DNA of 64,000 nucleotides from an uncultured cyanobacterium (GCA_963803535.1 CAWDNC010000009.1:140571-204570), one strand, 5' to 3'. Shown: positions 48,151 through 58,860, counted from the first letter of the stretch. The notes: generated from the letters alone by a model not told the origin. Made by a program: numbers and translations.

Positions 48151-49783
48151 CTAACGATGAATAGATTCAAAAGCCTTTATCATAGCCTCAACTATCCCTG
48201 GCGGAAATTCTATAGGCAGTGTTCCGCTACGCAAGTGCAGATCGCGCTGGGGATAAGGAATTTCAATACCATTATCTCTTAAAATCTCTTCTATTCGAAA
48301 ATATAGGTCGCTGCGAATTTTAAGGTGGAGTTCTGGATTGCGAATCCATACCATCAGGTCAAACTCAATCGCGCTATCGCCAAACGTTTTGAGATAGACT
48401 TCTGGCAGCGGCTTTGGTAAAACTTCTCCATGTTCTCGCGCGGCCTCCAATAGCGCAGCTTTTACCACTTTACAGTTGCTGCCATAGGCGATCCCTACGT
48501 TTAAGTGTAGGCGAGAGACCGGATGATCGTGATTCCAGTTCATCACCAAGCATTCGATTAAATGCGCGTTAGGCACCAGCACCGAAATGTTATCAAGATT
48601 TCGCAGGGTAATACTTCTGGTACCAATACGCTCTACGACACCCATATGAGGTTCAATTTCGATAAAGTCTCCTACCTGGATAGAGCGTTCAAATAAAAGC
48701 ACTAAGCCACTACCAAAGTTTTTAGCGATATCTTGAAAGCCAAACCCGATACCAATTCCCAAGGCACTTCCTAAGAGCGCAACAGATCGCAAGTCAATGC
48801 CCCATGCCTGCAAGATAATTAATAAGCCAACGGCAAACGTACTGTAGCGATACGTTTGCGTAACGACCTCTTTAGCTCCCCGCGCTAGCTGCGTGCGCCT
48901 AAGAATTTGAGTACTCAAAACTCTGGCAGATACCTGAATGAGAACAAACAATCCCCAAATCAAGCAGACTAATATGAGTAAGTCGGCTAGCGTATAGGCC
49001 TGTCCGCCCACGCTTACAACCGGCGCACGAATACCTGCGGTGGAACTGTTTAGCAAGGTATATCGCCTTTGCCGTAGCGTCGGAAATAGGGAGGAAACGA
49101 ACCACGCAAAGCTCACCCAAACCAAAAACCTGACAAATGCTAGCTTGAGCTTCAGCACAAAATGAAAGTCTTGCGCACCGGGCATTCCTGTCTTCGGAAT
49201 TTTAGGAATGACTTGCCTAAGCACCCTCCGTAGGGGACGCTGCCAAAAATAGCCCAGTCCGTAGTGGAGAGAGATGGCCACTAAAGCCGCAAACCCTGTT
49301 AGCCAGGTGGCATACAGCATATAGTCCGGTTCTCTTTCTAACCGAGCTTGACGAAGCACGATCTCAATTTGGTTAGCCCACTCTTCCGCCTGCTCCGAGG
49401 GCGTTTTGTCTAGCGTTGTATAGCGTTGTATCTAAATCTGTCACGGTTAGTAGGTACTGCCCGTTAGCAACAATAGTGGGCTGCTGATTGCGTTCAACGA
49501 CCTTCACGCTGGTTTCTTTCACCAAATTTGCCAGCAGCAACAGCTGCCTATTAGCCTGATTTGCTCGCTGCTGGGCCGTGTACGCCTGCGACGGCTCAAC
49601 ACGAAAAACCGGACGCCCATCTACAACTACACTGGCGTTTGTTGTGTCTATAGTTTTAAGAGCGTGAGAAGCTGGCGCGAGCATTAGGCATAGGCTGATA
49701 GCAATTAATAGGAAAAGGCAAAGCCGGTAGGGTTTCTTTAACCACGTGGCCACGGCCCGAAGTGCTGTTTGAGATAAACGCAT
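48151..49783 (-). CDS. mscS: MscS-family mechanosensitive channel with N-terminal extension, interrupted by a 10-bp tandem duplication
   Basis: GIGIGFGFQDIAKNFGSGLVLLFERSIQVGDFIE, GIEIPYPQRDLH; TAGCGTTGTA x2 at 49411-49430; removing one copy puts ORFs 49373-49783 and 48151-49359 in frame. Confidence 0.85.
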
Positions 49784-50428
49784 AGATGCTTTCTTGCCTT
49801 AATAAATTGTCCAGTCGCCTCCCTTAATAATGAGTGGTTTGTCTAATTCTGTAAGTGTCTACGCTTAATAAGCGAGATGAAGCACCTTTCAGCGCTAGTT
49901 CATTTCAGAAGCCAGCGATAGCTCAGGTGATATCTGCTTTTGTCTTAGCTTCTGGCGTACGGGCCGAGACTGCGGCTCGCCCACTAAGTGACCGATTTCT
50001 TACCCGCGTTTGGTACAGCTTTGTTGTGCGCGGGCCATACACATGCAGCGCTTCTGAAACGGACTCTACCAAAAACAACATAGCCAAACTACTCTATGAC
50101 AGGGCTAGATAATGCATAGCGGACAACCAGGGCACTCCGATCTGGTCGTCTGTGTTGAGGTATTTGTCGAAATATTGATCGTTGCTGGACTTAAACGTGG
50201 CTACATAGTCCGACTGCCGCTGATTTTTTTGCTCTATCTAGAGAAGGAGTTCTCATTTGAGAAGCGGCCTTTGCCTTTCGCAGTCCCTTGTATGGTAGCT
50301 TTTATAGCTACTCCGCTTTTGCTTTTGCGATCGCTCATAATCTCCACTAACATCAAAGCCCCTGTGGCTGCGGGTGCATAGTCTCCTAGTTTCGTCCGCA
50401 ATATTGTCATATAAATAGCTTATCTACT

Positions 50429-52711
50429 TTGGATTATAAGAAAGTGTCGCCTTCCACCGCTGGTTCCAAGTCCACTTTTGCCAAGCTAGGGGCTTACCTC
50501 TATCGCTACCGAGTCTGGACGCTTATTGTCTGGGCAGTCGTTACCCTAGTGAGCTTGGCCGCAGCGCCTCGTCTGGAAAATTCGCTGCAAGAGGTTAAGG
50601 TTGCCGATGAAACAGGCGAGGCCAACCGCACCGAACAGCTCATACAGCAAGCATTTGATGTTGATCCCAATGCGCTGACGATTGTTTTTAAGCAAGCACC
50701 AAGCCTGGATAAATCTGAGGCGTTAGAAGAGATAGAGGCTACCCTTGACTCAATTAGTGAGCGATCGGATGTCAGTGCGATCGCCCGCCCAAGCGAATAC
50801 CCTGAGTACATCAGCGCCGACGGCCAAACTCAGTATGGCATCATCAATCTGAAGCCATCAGGCACCGACACCATTGAACAGATAGAACAGCTCATTGCCG
50901 ATCGCCCAACTCAAAACGTAGATATCTATTTAACAGGCAAGCCCGCTGTCGATCGAGCCGTTCAGCGCGTCAGCAAAGCCGACCTGCGCAGAGTAGAGCT
51001 AGCCGTTCTCCCCATTACGCTAGTCGTTTTAGTGCTTGTGTTTGGTTCAGCTGTCGCTGCTACTATGCCAATCGCTATGGGCATTGTGGCGGTTTCTGTC
51101 ACGCTGGGGCTGCTTTACCTAGTCGCCCAAAGACTCAGCGTTTCTGTCTTTGCACTCAACCTCACCAGTATGCTCGGGCTCGGGCTCGGCATTGACTACG
51201 CCCTGCTAATCGTCAATCGCTTTCAAAAAGAGCTGGCCGCTCACTCCGTAGAGGAAGCTATCAGCATTACCTCAGATACCGCCGGACGCGCCATCTTCTT
51301 CTCTGGCATTACCGTCTGCATTAGTCTCTTTGGGCTTATTCTCTTTCCCATTCGCCTCCTCCAATCTCTTGGCATCGCTGGGGCAATTGTCGTCTCCCTG
51401 TCCGTCCTCACGGCGCTGACCCTGCTGCCTGCTTTACTGAGCGTCATTGGTCACGGTATTCACTACGGCAGCCTTTTTTCAAGAGGTAACAAACAGCCAA
51501 AGTTCTGGGGCAAAGTTGCCCGCGCCGTTATCCGCCGTAGCGTTCTTTTTACGCTGCTGGTTCTGTTGGTTGTCGCCGGACTCACTGCGCCTTTTTTCTC
51601 TGCCAAATTCGGCGTAGGCAACGCTGATATCCTACCTGTTTCTGCGCCTGCTAGGGCGGGCGTAGACCAGATAACACAGGCGTTTGGCCCAGGTGAAACC
51701 GCGCCTATTTTGCTGACCGTTCAACCGGGCGCTGCCGATGAACCGCTCCTCTCTACCGAGCACATAGCCACCTTATATAACTTTGTAGACAGCCTACAGC
51801 AAGATCCGCGAGTGAGTAGCGTACAGAGCATTGTCAACCTCGATCCTACGCTGACGCTGCAAAACTACCAGCAGCTATACGCCAACCCCGACCAAATTCC
51901 ACTGCCTCAAATTGCCGCCGCACTCGATCGGCTTACGGAGCAGAAAACAACATTGGTTATTGTCAAAAGTAAGACCGACCAGCAGTCCGAGGCGACTCGC
52001 GAGCTAGTTCAAGACTTTCGCAGTACAGCGTTAGAAGATTTGAACATTCAAGTAGCCGGACAAACCGCTAGCGAACTAGACGTTATCGCGGCGATTGAAC
52101 GCCGCCTACCCCTAGTGCTGAGCCTGATTATGGTGGCGACGTTTATCACGCTTAGCCTGTTACTGCGATCGCTCGTGCTACCCATCAAGGCCATCATCAT
52201 GAATCTGCTCTCTATGGGGGCGTCCTTTGGTGCGTTGGTCTTCATTTTTCAAGAAGGACACTTCCAGCGCCTGCTCAACTTCGAGCCGGTTGGCTACATA
52301 GATATTCTGCTGCCGGTGGTGCTTTTTTGCGTGTTGTTTGGTCTCAGTATGGACTACGAGGTCTTTTTGCTAACGCGCATTAAGGAAACCTATGACGCGC
52401 TAAAGCACAATGGAGAGCCCGCGAATAAGAACAATACGGCCAGCGTCATCATCGGATTAGAACAGACAGGTCAGCTCATCACCAGCGCTGCTTTGCTGGT
52501 GATTATTGTGACGAGTGCTTTTGCTTTCACTAGCCTGATCTTTGTGAAGGCGCTGGGTTTGGGTGTTGCGATCGCCATCGCCATCGACACAACGCTTATC
52601 CGCATTATCCTGGTTCCAGCCAGCATGAAGTTAATGGGCAAGTGGAACTGGTGGTCGGGGTCATTCTTCCAAAAGTCTGCGAGCAAAGCGCCCAATGCGA
52701 AGCTGCGTTAG
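50429..52711 (+). CDS. MMPL family (RND superfamily) transporter
   Basis: GLGLGIDYALLIVNRF, TAGRAIFFSG, FGLSMDYEVFLL.RIKE, TG.LITSAA, DTTLIR.ILVPA. Confidence 0.92.
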   Translation: MDYKKVSPSTAGSKSTFAKLGAYLYRYRVWTLIVWAVVTLVSLAAAPRLENSLQEVKVADETGEANRTEQLIQQAFDVDPNALTIVFKQAPSLDKSEALEEIEATLDSISERSDVSAIARPSEYPEYISADGQTQYGIINLKPSGTDTIEQIEQLIADRPTQNVDIYLTGKPAVDRAVQRVSKADLRRVELAVLPITLVVLVLVFGSAVAATMPIAMGIVAVSVTLGLLYLVAQRLSVSVFALNLTSMLGLGLGIDYALLIVNRFQKELAAHSVEEAISITSDTAGRAIFFSGITVCISLFGLILFPIRLLQSLGIAGAIVVSLSVLTALTLLPALLSVIGHGIHYGSLFSRGNKQPKFWGKVARAVIRRSVLFTLLVLLVVAGLTAPFFSAKFGVGNADILPVSAPARAGVDQITQAFGPGETAPILLTVQPGAADEPLLSTEHIATLYNFVDSLQQDPRVSSVQSIVNLDPTLTLQNYQQLYANPDQIPLPQIAAALDRLTEQKTTLVIVKSKTDQQSEATRELVQDFRSTALEDLNIQVAGQTASELDVIAAIERRLPLVLSLIMVATFITLSLLLRSLVLPIKAIIMNLLSMGASFGALVFIFQEGHFQRLLNFEPVGYIDILLPVVLFCVLFGLSMDYEVFLLTRIKETYDALKHNGEPANKNNTASVIIGLEQTGQLITSAALLVIIVTSAFAFTSLIFVKALGLGVAIAIAIDTTLIRIILVPASMKLMGKWNWWSGSFFQKSASKAPNAKLR

Positions 52712-52732
52712 GTATTGCATCAGGCCTGTAGA

Positions 52733-52790
52733 GATGACACACAGATGACACATTTTAGACACTTGCATCGCCCAAAGCTCACGATAGACT
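52733..52790 (+). promoter_or_regulatory. Three GACAC boxes at exact 11-bp period followed by a -35/-10-like pair
   Basis: GACAC at 52736, 52747 and 52758; TTGCAT (52763-52768), 16 bp, TAGACT (52785-52790). Confidence 0.6.
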
Positions 52791-52899
52791 AAAGCTGCCA
52801 TAACCGGCTACGATGCTCAGGCCCTGCGGTATTTGCAGCAGTCCTTCATCAATTTTCTCTCTTATTTTGAAGTCAGCTGACTTTCAAGGAAATCTGTCC

Positions 52900-53322
52900 A
52901 TGTTCAGTCGTAACAAAATTCTCGCGTTGGGTTTGGTGAGCGCTCTCGGTTTGTTCTCACTCACGGGCTGTAGTGCTTCTCCAGAAGCTGAAGTCAGCTC
53001 TTCTGCGCCAGTTGCCGAGACGAGCCAGCCGACTGTTGCTGATACCTCTGACTTAGAGATGATGTCAAAACTAGTCGTAGATACGAAGGCAGCCGTTGAG
53101 GCGGATGATTGGCGTACGGCTAAAGTTTTGGGTGGGCAAATTGAAGGCGACTGGAAAGATGTAGAAGACGACATCAAGGATACTAACAAAGCGGCCTATG
53201 ACACGGTAGAAACTCATATAGACGGGCTCAATAGCGCCCTCAAGGAAGATAATCCTGACAAGGCAATGGTGGTTGATCATCTCAGCGAACTAGAAACAAC
53301 ATTAGCAACCGTTTCGCAATAG
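52900..53322 (+). CDS. Helical-bundle lipoprotein (DUF4363-like)
   Basis: Lipobox LTGC; acidic helical C-domain (W..VED.IK..NK.AY..VE). Confidence 0.75.
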   Translation: MFSRNKILALGLVSALGLFSLTGCSASPEAEVSSSAPVAETSQPTVADTSDLEMMSKLVVDTKAAVEADDWRTAKVLGGQIEGDWKDVEDDIKDTNKAAYDTVETHIDGLNSALKEDNPDKAMVVDHLSELETTLATVSQ

Positions 53323-53377
53323 AGCCTGTCGTCGATCAGCATTTTTGCTAAACACTATTTTTTGGAAGAGGCCTCCC

Positions 53378-53683
53378 ATGAAACGTTTGCTTCGTAAGTA
53401 TCACCGCTGGCTAGCGCTGGTGATACTTGCGCCTTTGAGCTTAACTGTTATTACCGGAATGCTGACGACGATGAGCCAGGAATGGCCTGTTAATCTGGGC
53501 CTTAGCTCTCGCTTTTTGCTGAAGCTGCACACGGGAGAGCTGTTCGGTTTGCAGGCTATCTACCCTATTTTCAACGGCATAGGCGTGATTGGGCTGCTGG
53601 TGACAGGAGCCTCTATGCTAGGGCTGTTTGGCCGCTCTCAAGGTAAGTCCTCTCAAGTCGTTGAGGGAGTCGTTGAAGCTTAG
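53378..53683 (+). CDS. Small PepSY-associated TM-helix protein
   Basis: RKYHRWLA...TG, LHTGE.FGL...Y....G.G...L..TG. Confidence 0.8.
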   Translation: MKRLLRKYHRWLALVILAPLSLTVITGMLTTMSQEWPVNLGLSSRFLLKLHTGELFGLQAIYPIFNGIGVIGLLVTGASMLGLFGRSQGKSSQVVEGVVEA

Positions 53684-53714
53684 GGTATTTTTTAATACGC
53701 TAATTTTTTACACT

Positions 53715-53769
53715 AATTGATAATTAATGTCGATAGTGTTCTATGATCTAAGACATTCTTTAGATCATA
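53715..53769 (+). promoter_or_regulatory. Fur-box-like AT-rich site plus a perfect 10-8-10 inverted repeat upstream of feoA
   Basis: AATTGATAATTAATGTCGAT (53715-53734); TATGATCTAA-N8-TTAGATCATA (53742-53769). Confidence 0.55.
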
Positions 53770-53785
53770 AAAGCGTTTCAACTCA

Positions 53786-54307
53786 ATGAGAAAAAAGGGT
53801 TTTGTCGAAACTGCTGAGCGCTGTCTCTCTGTGGAGAACGCAGGCTTTCTGCTATCAGCGGCTAAATTGGGTGATCGCCTTGAAATTGTTGCACTATCTG
53901 GACAAAACGATAACGCTCGGCTGCTGGGCATGGGGCTGATTCCGGGCGTCTTGTTAGAAGTCGTCAACACAGATGTTCGAGGGTCTATTGTGGTTGCTCT
54001 GAACCATCAAAGACTTGCGTTAGGCCTCGAAATTGCTGAGAGAATTCGGGTTGAGCCCGCGATCGCTCCGTCAACTATTCGGCTAAAAGATCTGGCCGTT
54101 GGCAGCACCGCCGAAGTCGTGGGCTATAGCCCAGCAGCTCGCCCCTACCGACGCAAGCTGCTGGCGATGGGTCTAACGAAAACAACTCAGTTTACCGTTG
54201 TCAGGCGAGCACCCCTTGGTGACCCAATTGAAATTCGAGTTCGCGGCTTTAGCCTAAGCCTACGCAAAGACGAGGCCGATGCGCTACTAGTGCAGCCCCA
54301 TGCCTAA
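53786..54307 (+). CDS. feoA: Tandem two-domain FeoA
   Basis: RLLGMGLIPG...V and RRKLLAMGL.KTT...VVRRAPLGDPIEIRVRGFSLSLRK.EA. Confidence 0.92.
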   Translation: MRKKGFVETAERCLSVENAGFLLSAAKLGDRLEIVALSGQNDNARLLGMGLIPGVLLEVVNTDVRGSIVVALNHQRLALGLEIAERIRVEPAIAPSTIRLKDLAVGSTAEVVGYSPAARPYRRKLLAMGLTKTTQFTVVRRAPLGDPIEIRVRGFSLSLRKDEADALLVQPHA

Positions 54308-56723
54308 CCCTATCTCTAGTCCTGTATCTAATCCTACTACTAGCCCTGTGATTGGATTAGTCGGCAATCCCAACTGTGGCAAAACCACTCTGTTCAATGC
54401 GCTCACAGGCGCTAATCAGCGGGTAGGGAACTGGCCAGGGGTCACCGTAGAGCGCAAAGAAGGCCGCTACCGACAGCAATCACAGGGATCAGAACAAACG
54501 GTTGTTGTTGTAGACTTGCCGGGTGTGTACTCGTTAGATGCTGAAGATACAGCCACCGGACTCGATGAACTGGTCGCGAGAGACTATCTGCTAGCGGGCG
54601 AGGCCGATGTCATTATCAATATCGTTGACGCGTCTAATCTAGAGCGTAATCTCTATCTCACAACGCAGATACTGGAGATGGGGGTGCCGCTGATTTTGGC
54701 GCTGAATATGATGGATATCGCCCGCAAACGCGATATCAAGATTGATGCGATCGCCCTAGCAGAAAAGCTAGGCTGCCCGGTCGTTTCGCTGAGTGCGGCC
54801 TCTGGTCAGGGTGTCTCACAGCTCAAGCGCTGCGTGCAAACGCAAGGGACTCACCTAGCGGTACCTGCGGCGCAAGTGGTGTACGCACCAGAAATTGAGG
54901 CGGCGATCGCGGCAATCATTCCCACGCTGCAACAGACCCACCAAAACAACGCTGTAGATTGTCGCTGGCTCGCCATTAATCTGTTGAGTGATGAGACCGG
55001 CAGCGCCACAGCTCACTATGGTGAGGCGGTAGTCCGCATCGTCAGCGCTCACCGGCAGTCAATAGAAGTCGCGCTTGAAGAAGATCTTGATTTGCTAATT
55101 GCTGACTATCGCTACAGCTACATCCGTCAGCTAGTCGATAGCGTTGTGCAGGCCAGTCAAGAAGTCACCACCCATTTTTCTGATCGCATTGATCGGATCG
55201 CGCTAAGCCGCTGGTGGGGAATTCCAATTTTTCTGCTGGTGATGTACGTCATGTTCACAATCTCTATCAACGTAGGCGGCGCTTTTATTGACTTCTTTGA
55301 TATCAGCTTTGGCAGTGTCTTTGTAGATGGCGTGGCTCATCTGCTTCAGCAAGCCCAGGCCCCTGGCTGGCTAATTGGCATCCTCGCCGATGGCATTGGC
55401 GGCGGCATTCAAACCACCGCGACCTTTATCCCGCAAATTTTTCTGTTGTTTGTGCTGATGTCTGTTCTAGAAGATTCGGGCTATATGGCAAGAGCAGCGT
55501 TTGTGATGGATCGGCTAATGCGCTTTGTGGGCTTACCAGGAAAGTCTTTTGTGCCGATGCTGGTGGGCTTTGGCTGCAATATCCCAGGGGTGATGGCCAC
55601 GCGAACGTTGGAGAATAAGCGCGATCGCTTTATGACTATTATGATGAATCCGTTTATGTCTTGCAGTGCCCGCCTCACGGTGTACGCGCTGTTTTGTGCG
55701 GCGTTTTTCCCCGTCGGCGGACAAAACAAAGTCATGGGCCTTTATCTGCTTGGCATTTTGGCTGCTATTTTCACCGGACTAGTGCTCAAACACACCCTGC
55801 TCCCCGGCGAAGTGGCTCCGTTTGTGATGGAGCTACCTCCCTATCACGTTCCTAAGCTCAAAAGCGTGCTGCTCAGAGGCTATGAAAGAACAACTGCTTT
55901 TGTGACAAAAGCGGGCAAGGCAATTGTTTTAGTCGTGATGATTCTAGGCTTTTTAAATGCTGTGGGCACCGACGGCTCCTTTGGCAAACACAACAGCCAG
56001 GATTCTTTACTCAGTACGGTTGGTCGCACGGTGACGCCTGCCTTTGCGCCCATGGGCATTACGAACGAGAACTGGCCTGCTACGGTTGGTCTAATGACGG
56101 GAGTACTGGCTAAAGAGGTGATGGTAGGCACGCTAAATTCTCTCTATGGAGAACTCGCGCAGGCGCAGACAGCCGCAACGGCTATGCCCGATCCGCCCTA
56201 TCGTTTTTGGGACAGTATCGGTCAGGCATTTGCCAGCATTCCTAAAAACCTAACGACTGAAGTGCCCCAGCTACTGCTCGATCCCTTTGGCTTTGGCAGC
56301 GCCAACACCCAAGGACTTAGCTCAGAAGATATCGCCCGCTCAGAGGCTAAAGCCCAGTCTGTTGCAACAGCCCAAGGCGTTTCGCTTAGCACCTACGGCC
56401 AAATGGCCCAGCGGTTTGGCAGCACGCAGTCGGCGTTTGCCTATCTGTTGTTTGTGCTGCTGTATTTTCCCTGCGTGTCAGCAACGGGCGCTATTTACCG
56501 CGAAACAAACTTGGGGTGGACGGTCTTTATCAGCTGTTGGACAACCGGCCTAGCCTATGGAGTGGCCGTTGCCTATTACCAGATGGCCACTTTTGCGGCT
56601 CATCCGTTTTCATCGCTGCTGTGGGTCGGTGGCTTAGCGGTTGTTCTATCGGCTGTCATCTTAGGGCTAAAGCTGGCGGCTCCAGAGGTCAGGCAGAATC
56701 GCGCGGCGCTCAAGCTGCCATAA
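54300..56723 (+). CDS. feoB: Ferrous iron transport protein B
   Basis: GNPNCGKT, NWPGVTVE, DLPGVYSL, LNMMD, GFGCNIP, PFMSCSAR, ELPPY, LYFPCV. Confidence 0.97.
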   Translation: MPNPISSPVSNPTTSPVIGLVGNPNCGKTTLFNALTGANQRVGNWPGVTVERKEGRYRQQSQGSEQTVVVVDLPGVYSLDAEDTATGLDELVARDYLLAGEADVIINIVDASNLERNLYLTTQILEMGVPLILALNMMDIARKRDIKIDAIALAEKLGCPVVSLSAASGQGVSQLKRCVQTQGTHLAVPAAQVVYAPEIEAAIAAIIPTLQQTHQNNAVDCRWLAINLLSDETGSATAHYGEAVVRIVSAHRQSIEVALEEDLDLLIADYRYSYIRQLVDSVVQASQEVTTHFSDRIDRIALSRWWGIPIFLLVMYVMFTISINVGGAFIDFFDISFGSVFVDGVAHLLQQAQAPGWLIGILADGIGGGIQTTATFIPQIFLLFVLMSVLEDSGYMARAAFVMDRLMRFVGLPGKSFVPMLVGFGCNIPGVMATRTLENKRDRFMTIMMNPFMSCSARLTVYALFCAAFFPVGGQNKVMGLYLLGILAAIFTGLVLKHTLLPGEVAPFVMELPPYHVPKLKSVLLRGYERTTAFVTKAGKAIVLVVMILGFLNAVGTDGSFGKHNSQDSLLSTVGRTVTPAFAPMGITNENWPATVGLMTGVLAKEVMVGTLNSLYGELAQAQTAATAMPDPPYRFWDSIGQAFASIPKNLTTEVPQLLLDPFGFGSANTQGLSSEDIARSEAKAQSVATAQGVSLSTYGQMAQRFGSTQSAFAYLLFVLLYFPCVSATGAIYRETNLGWTVFISCWTTGLAYGVAVAYYQMATFAAHPFSSLLWVGGLAVVLSAVILGLKLAAPEVRQNRAALKLP

Positions 56724-56760
56724 TTTCAACTTTCAATACGTTGCTAAAGGCGTAACCAAC

Positions 56761-56994
56761 ATGATCGTCACTGAACTACAACAATACTTAAGGACTCAGC
56801 ACAAGGTCTCTATGTCTGAGCTACAGCTACACTTTCGGATGGAGGCGGATGCCCTGCGCGGTATTTTGAGCCGATTGATTCGTAAAGGGCGCGTGAGTAG
56901 AGAAGACGGTAAGCTATGCGGGGGGTGCCGTAGCTGCGCGCCTGAGGCGATTGAATTTTATGGCTGGGTTGAGCGCGATCGGCTGCGGCTATAA
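56761..56994 (+). CDS. feoC: FeoC-like winged-helix protein
   Basis: LQ.YL....KVS..EL..HF....DALRG.L..L.RKGRV...CGGC.SC; directly after feoB. Confidence 0.85.
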   Translation: MIVTELQQYLRTQHKVSMSELQLHFRMEADALRGILSRLIRKGRVSREDGKLCGGCRSCAPEAIEFYGWVERDRLRL

Positions 56995-58086
56995 GAGGGT
57001 TTTAGGTAGCCAAAATTGGAAAGTTGTTCCTTGATTAGGCTGACTTTCGACAAAAATTTCACCGCCTTGCAGTTCTACAAGCTGGCGGGTAATGGTCAGA
57101 CCAATGCCGGTGCCGCTGCGGTGCTGCGATCGCGCCTTTTCAGACCGCCAAAATCGCTCAAATACATGGGGCAGTTCACTGGCCGACAGCCCGCAGCCCG
57201 TATCAATCACCGATATCCAAACCCGCTCACCCGCTGACCAGGCTTTGAGAGTAATGCTTCCTTGTTGCGTGTGCCGAATGGCATTGCCTAGCAGATTGAC
57301 GAGAATTTGCTCAGTGCGATCGCTATCTGCCCACACCTTCGGTAAATCAGCCGGACAGTCCAACCGCAGCCCTGGCCCTTCGTCCATGATTTGAGACTCG
57401 AATCGCTCTATCAGTTCAAAGAGTAAAGGCGGCAACGGCAGCACCTGAAGCGATATAGGTAAGCTACCGGATTCAGCCTTAGACAGATCTTGTAGATTGT
57501 TGACCAGGCGCTGTAGCCGCTTAGTTTCACCCAGCAGGCGTTTGCGAATGTCGGGCGTGGGCTGAATGCGATCGCTATCCATTTCTTCTAAATAGCCTCG
57601 AATCACCGTCAAAGGCGTTCGCAGCTCGTGCGAGAGATCCGTCACGATCTCTCGGCGTCGGGCCTCAGCATCTTCAAGCGCACCGACCATCTGATTCAAG
57701 CTTCTTCCTAGCCGCGCTAGCTCAGGGATTTCGCTGGTAGGTACGCGCTCGTTTAAATGTCCGTTGGCTAAGCGATAAGCCGCCTGTTCAATTTCTACTA
57801 GAGAGTGATTAATCCGAGAGGCTATCCAGTCGCTTAAAAGTGCAGCGATCGCAATACCAACAATCAAGGCTAGCAGCGTGCTGTAGTTCCAGGCCCAGTC
57901 GAAGCCTTGCACCAGATCCGTCCGAGCGTCTTGAATAGAAAAACCATTGCTCTCTAGGCTATCTAGATGGCGTGAGAACAGATGCGCCGAAGAGAGATTG
58001 CTAATCGCGGCGAAGCTCAGTAGTCCTAGCAACAGCACTGACAGATGAGAAACAAACAGTCGATAGTGCAGATTCAGTCCAGGCAT
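56989..58086 (-). CDS. HAMP-HisKA-HATPase sensor histidine kinase
   Basis: SHELRTPL, QILVNLLGNAIRHT, DTGCG, FERFWR, GTGIGL. Confidence 0.95.
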   Translation of the reverse strand: MPGLNLHYRLFVSHLSVLLLGLLSFAAISNLSSAHLFSRHLDSLESNGFSIQDARTDLVQGFDWAWNYSTLLALIVGIAIAALLSDWIASRINHSLVEIEQAAYRLANGHLNERVPTSEIPELARLGRSLNQMVGALEDAEARRREIVTDLSHELRTPLTVIRGYLEEMDSDRIQPTPDIRKRLLGETKRLQRLVNNLQDLSKAESGSLPISLQVLPLPPLLFELIERFESQIMDEGPGLRLDCPADLPKVWADSDRTEQILVNLLGNAIRHTQQGSITLKAWSAGERVWISVIDTGCGLSASELPHVFERFWRSEKARSQHRSGTGIGLTITRQLVELQGGEIFVESQPNQGTTFQFWLPKTLL

Positions 58087-58130
58087 ATCGCGCTTTCTCA
58101 GAGGATGTTTTCACTTAAATGATCTTTGAC

Positions 58131-58859
58131 TTAAGCATCTTCAAACTTATAGCCCACGCCCGTGACGGTTTTAATAAACGTCGGCTGAGCTGGGTTAGGC
58201 TCTACCTTTTTCCGCAGCCTAGCTACCTGAGTATCCACCACCCGGTCATCTCCAAAAAAATCATCGCCCCACAGGCTCTCAATCAGCTGGCTGCGCGTCC
58301 AGGCTCTACCTGGATGGCTCAAAAACGTCGCCAGCAGCTTAAACTCCAAGGCCGCAAGCGCCAGCGTTTCAACAGGCTGATTGTCCAGCAAGCGCTGAGC
58401 CTTATGCTCCTCAACATTCACACTAAAGTGCGGGCTTTGATAAACCTGCGCGCTAACCGTTTCACGCAATCTACGGCGGAGCAACGCCCGCACTCTAGCC
58501 ACCAGCTCAATCGGGCTGAAGGGCTTTACCAGGTAATCATCTGCGCCCGTTGAAAGGCCAATTACCCGGTCAATCTCCTCCCCTCTAGCCGTCAGCATCA
58601 GCACATACGGATCGGCCTGACTCGAATGATGGCGAATGCGCGTGCAAATTTCCAAACCATCTAGCTCACCCGGCAGCATCCAGTCCAATATCACCAGATC
58701 GGGCTGAGCGCTTTCAAAAGCTGCGATCGCTAGCGCCCCCTCACCACAGTGCTGACAGCTAAAGCCTTCCTTTTCAAGAAGCTGCTGAATCAAATGCGCA
58801 ATTTCAATTTCATCTTCAACAATCAGTATCTGCTTATTCACACGCTCAAAGCCCTTCAC
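58131..58859 (-). CDS. OmpR/PhoB-family response regulator
   Basis: ILIVEDE, LDWMLPG, GADDYLVKPFS, wHTH 'EFKLL...TR.QL...WG...VD..VARLRKK.E...TV.GVGY'. Confidence 0.96.
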   Translation of the reverse strand: MKGFERVNKQILIVEDEIEIAHLIQQLLEKEGFSCQHCGEGALAIAAFESAQPDLVILDWMLPGELDGLEICTRIRHHSSQADPYVLMLTARGEEIDRVIGLSTGADDYLVKPFSPIELVARVRALLRRRLRETVSAQVYQSPHFSVNVEEHKAQRLLDNQPVETLALAALEFKLLATFLSHPGRAWTRSQLIESLWGDDFFGDDRVVDTQVARLRKKVEPNPAQPTFIKTVTGVGYKFEDA

Positions 58860-58860
58860 A

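Noticed and set aside
49855-50381. ORFs 49855-50112 and 50112-50381 between mscS and MMPL
   Set aside because: No recognisable motifs or ribosome-binding sites; could be spurious or decayed sequence.
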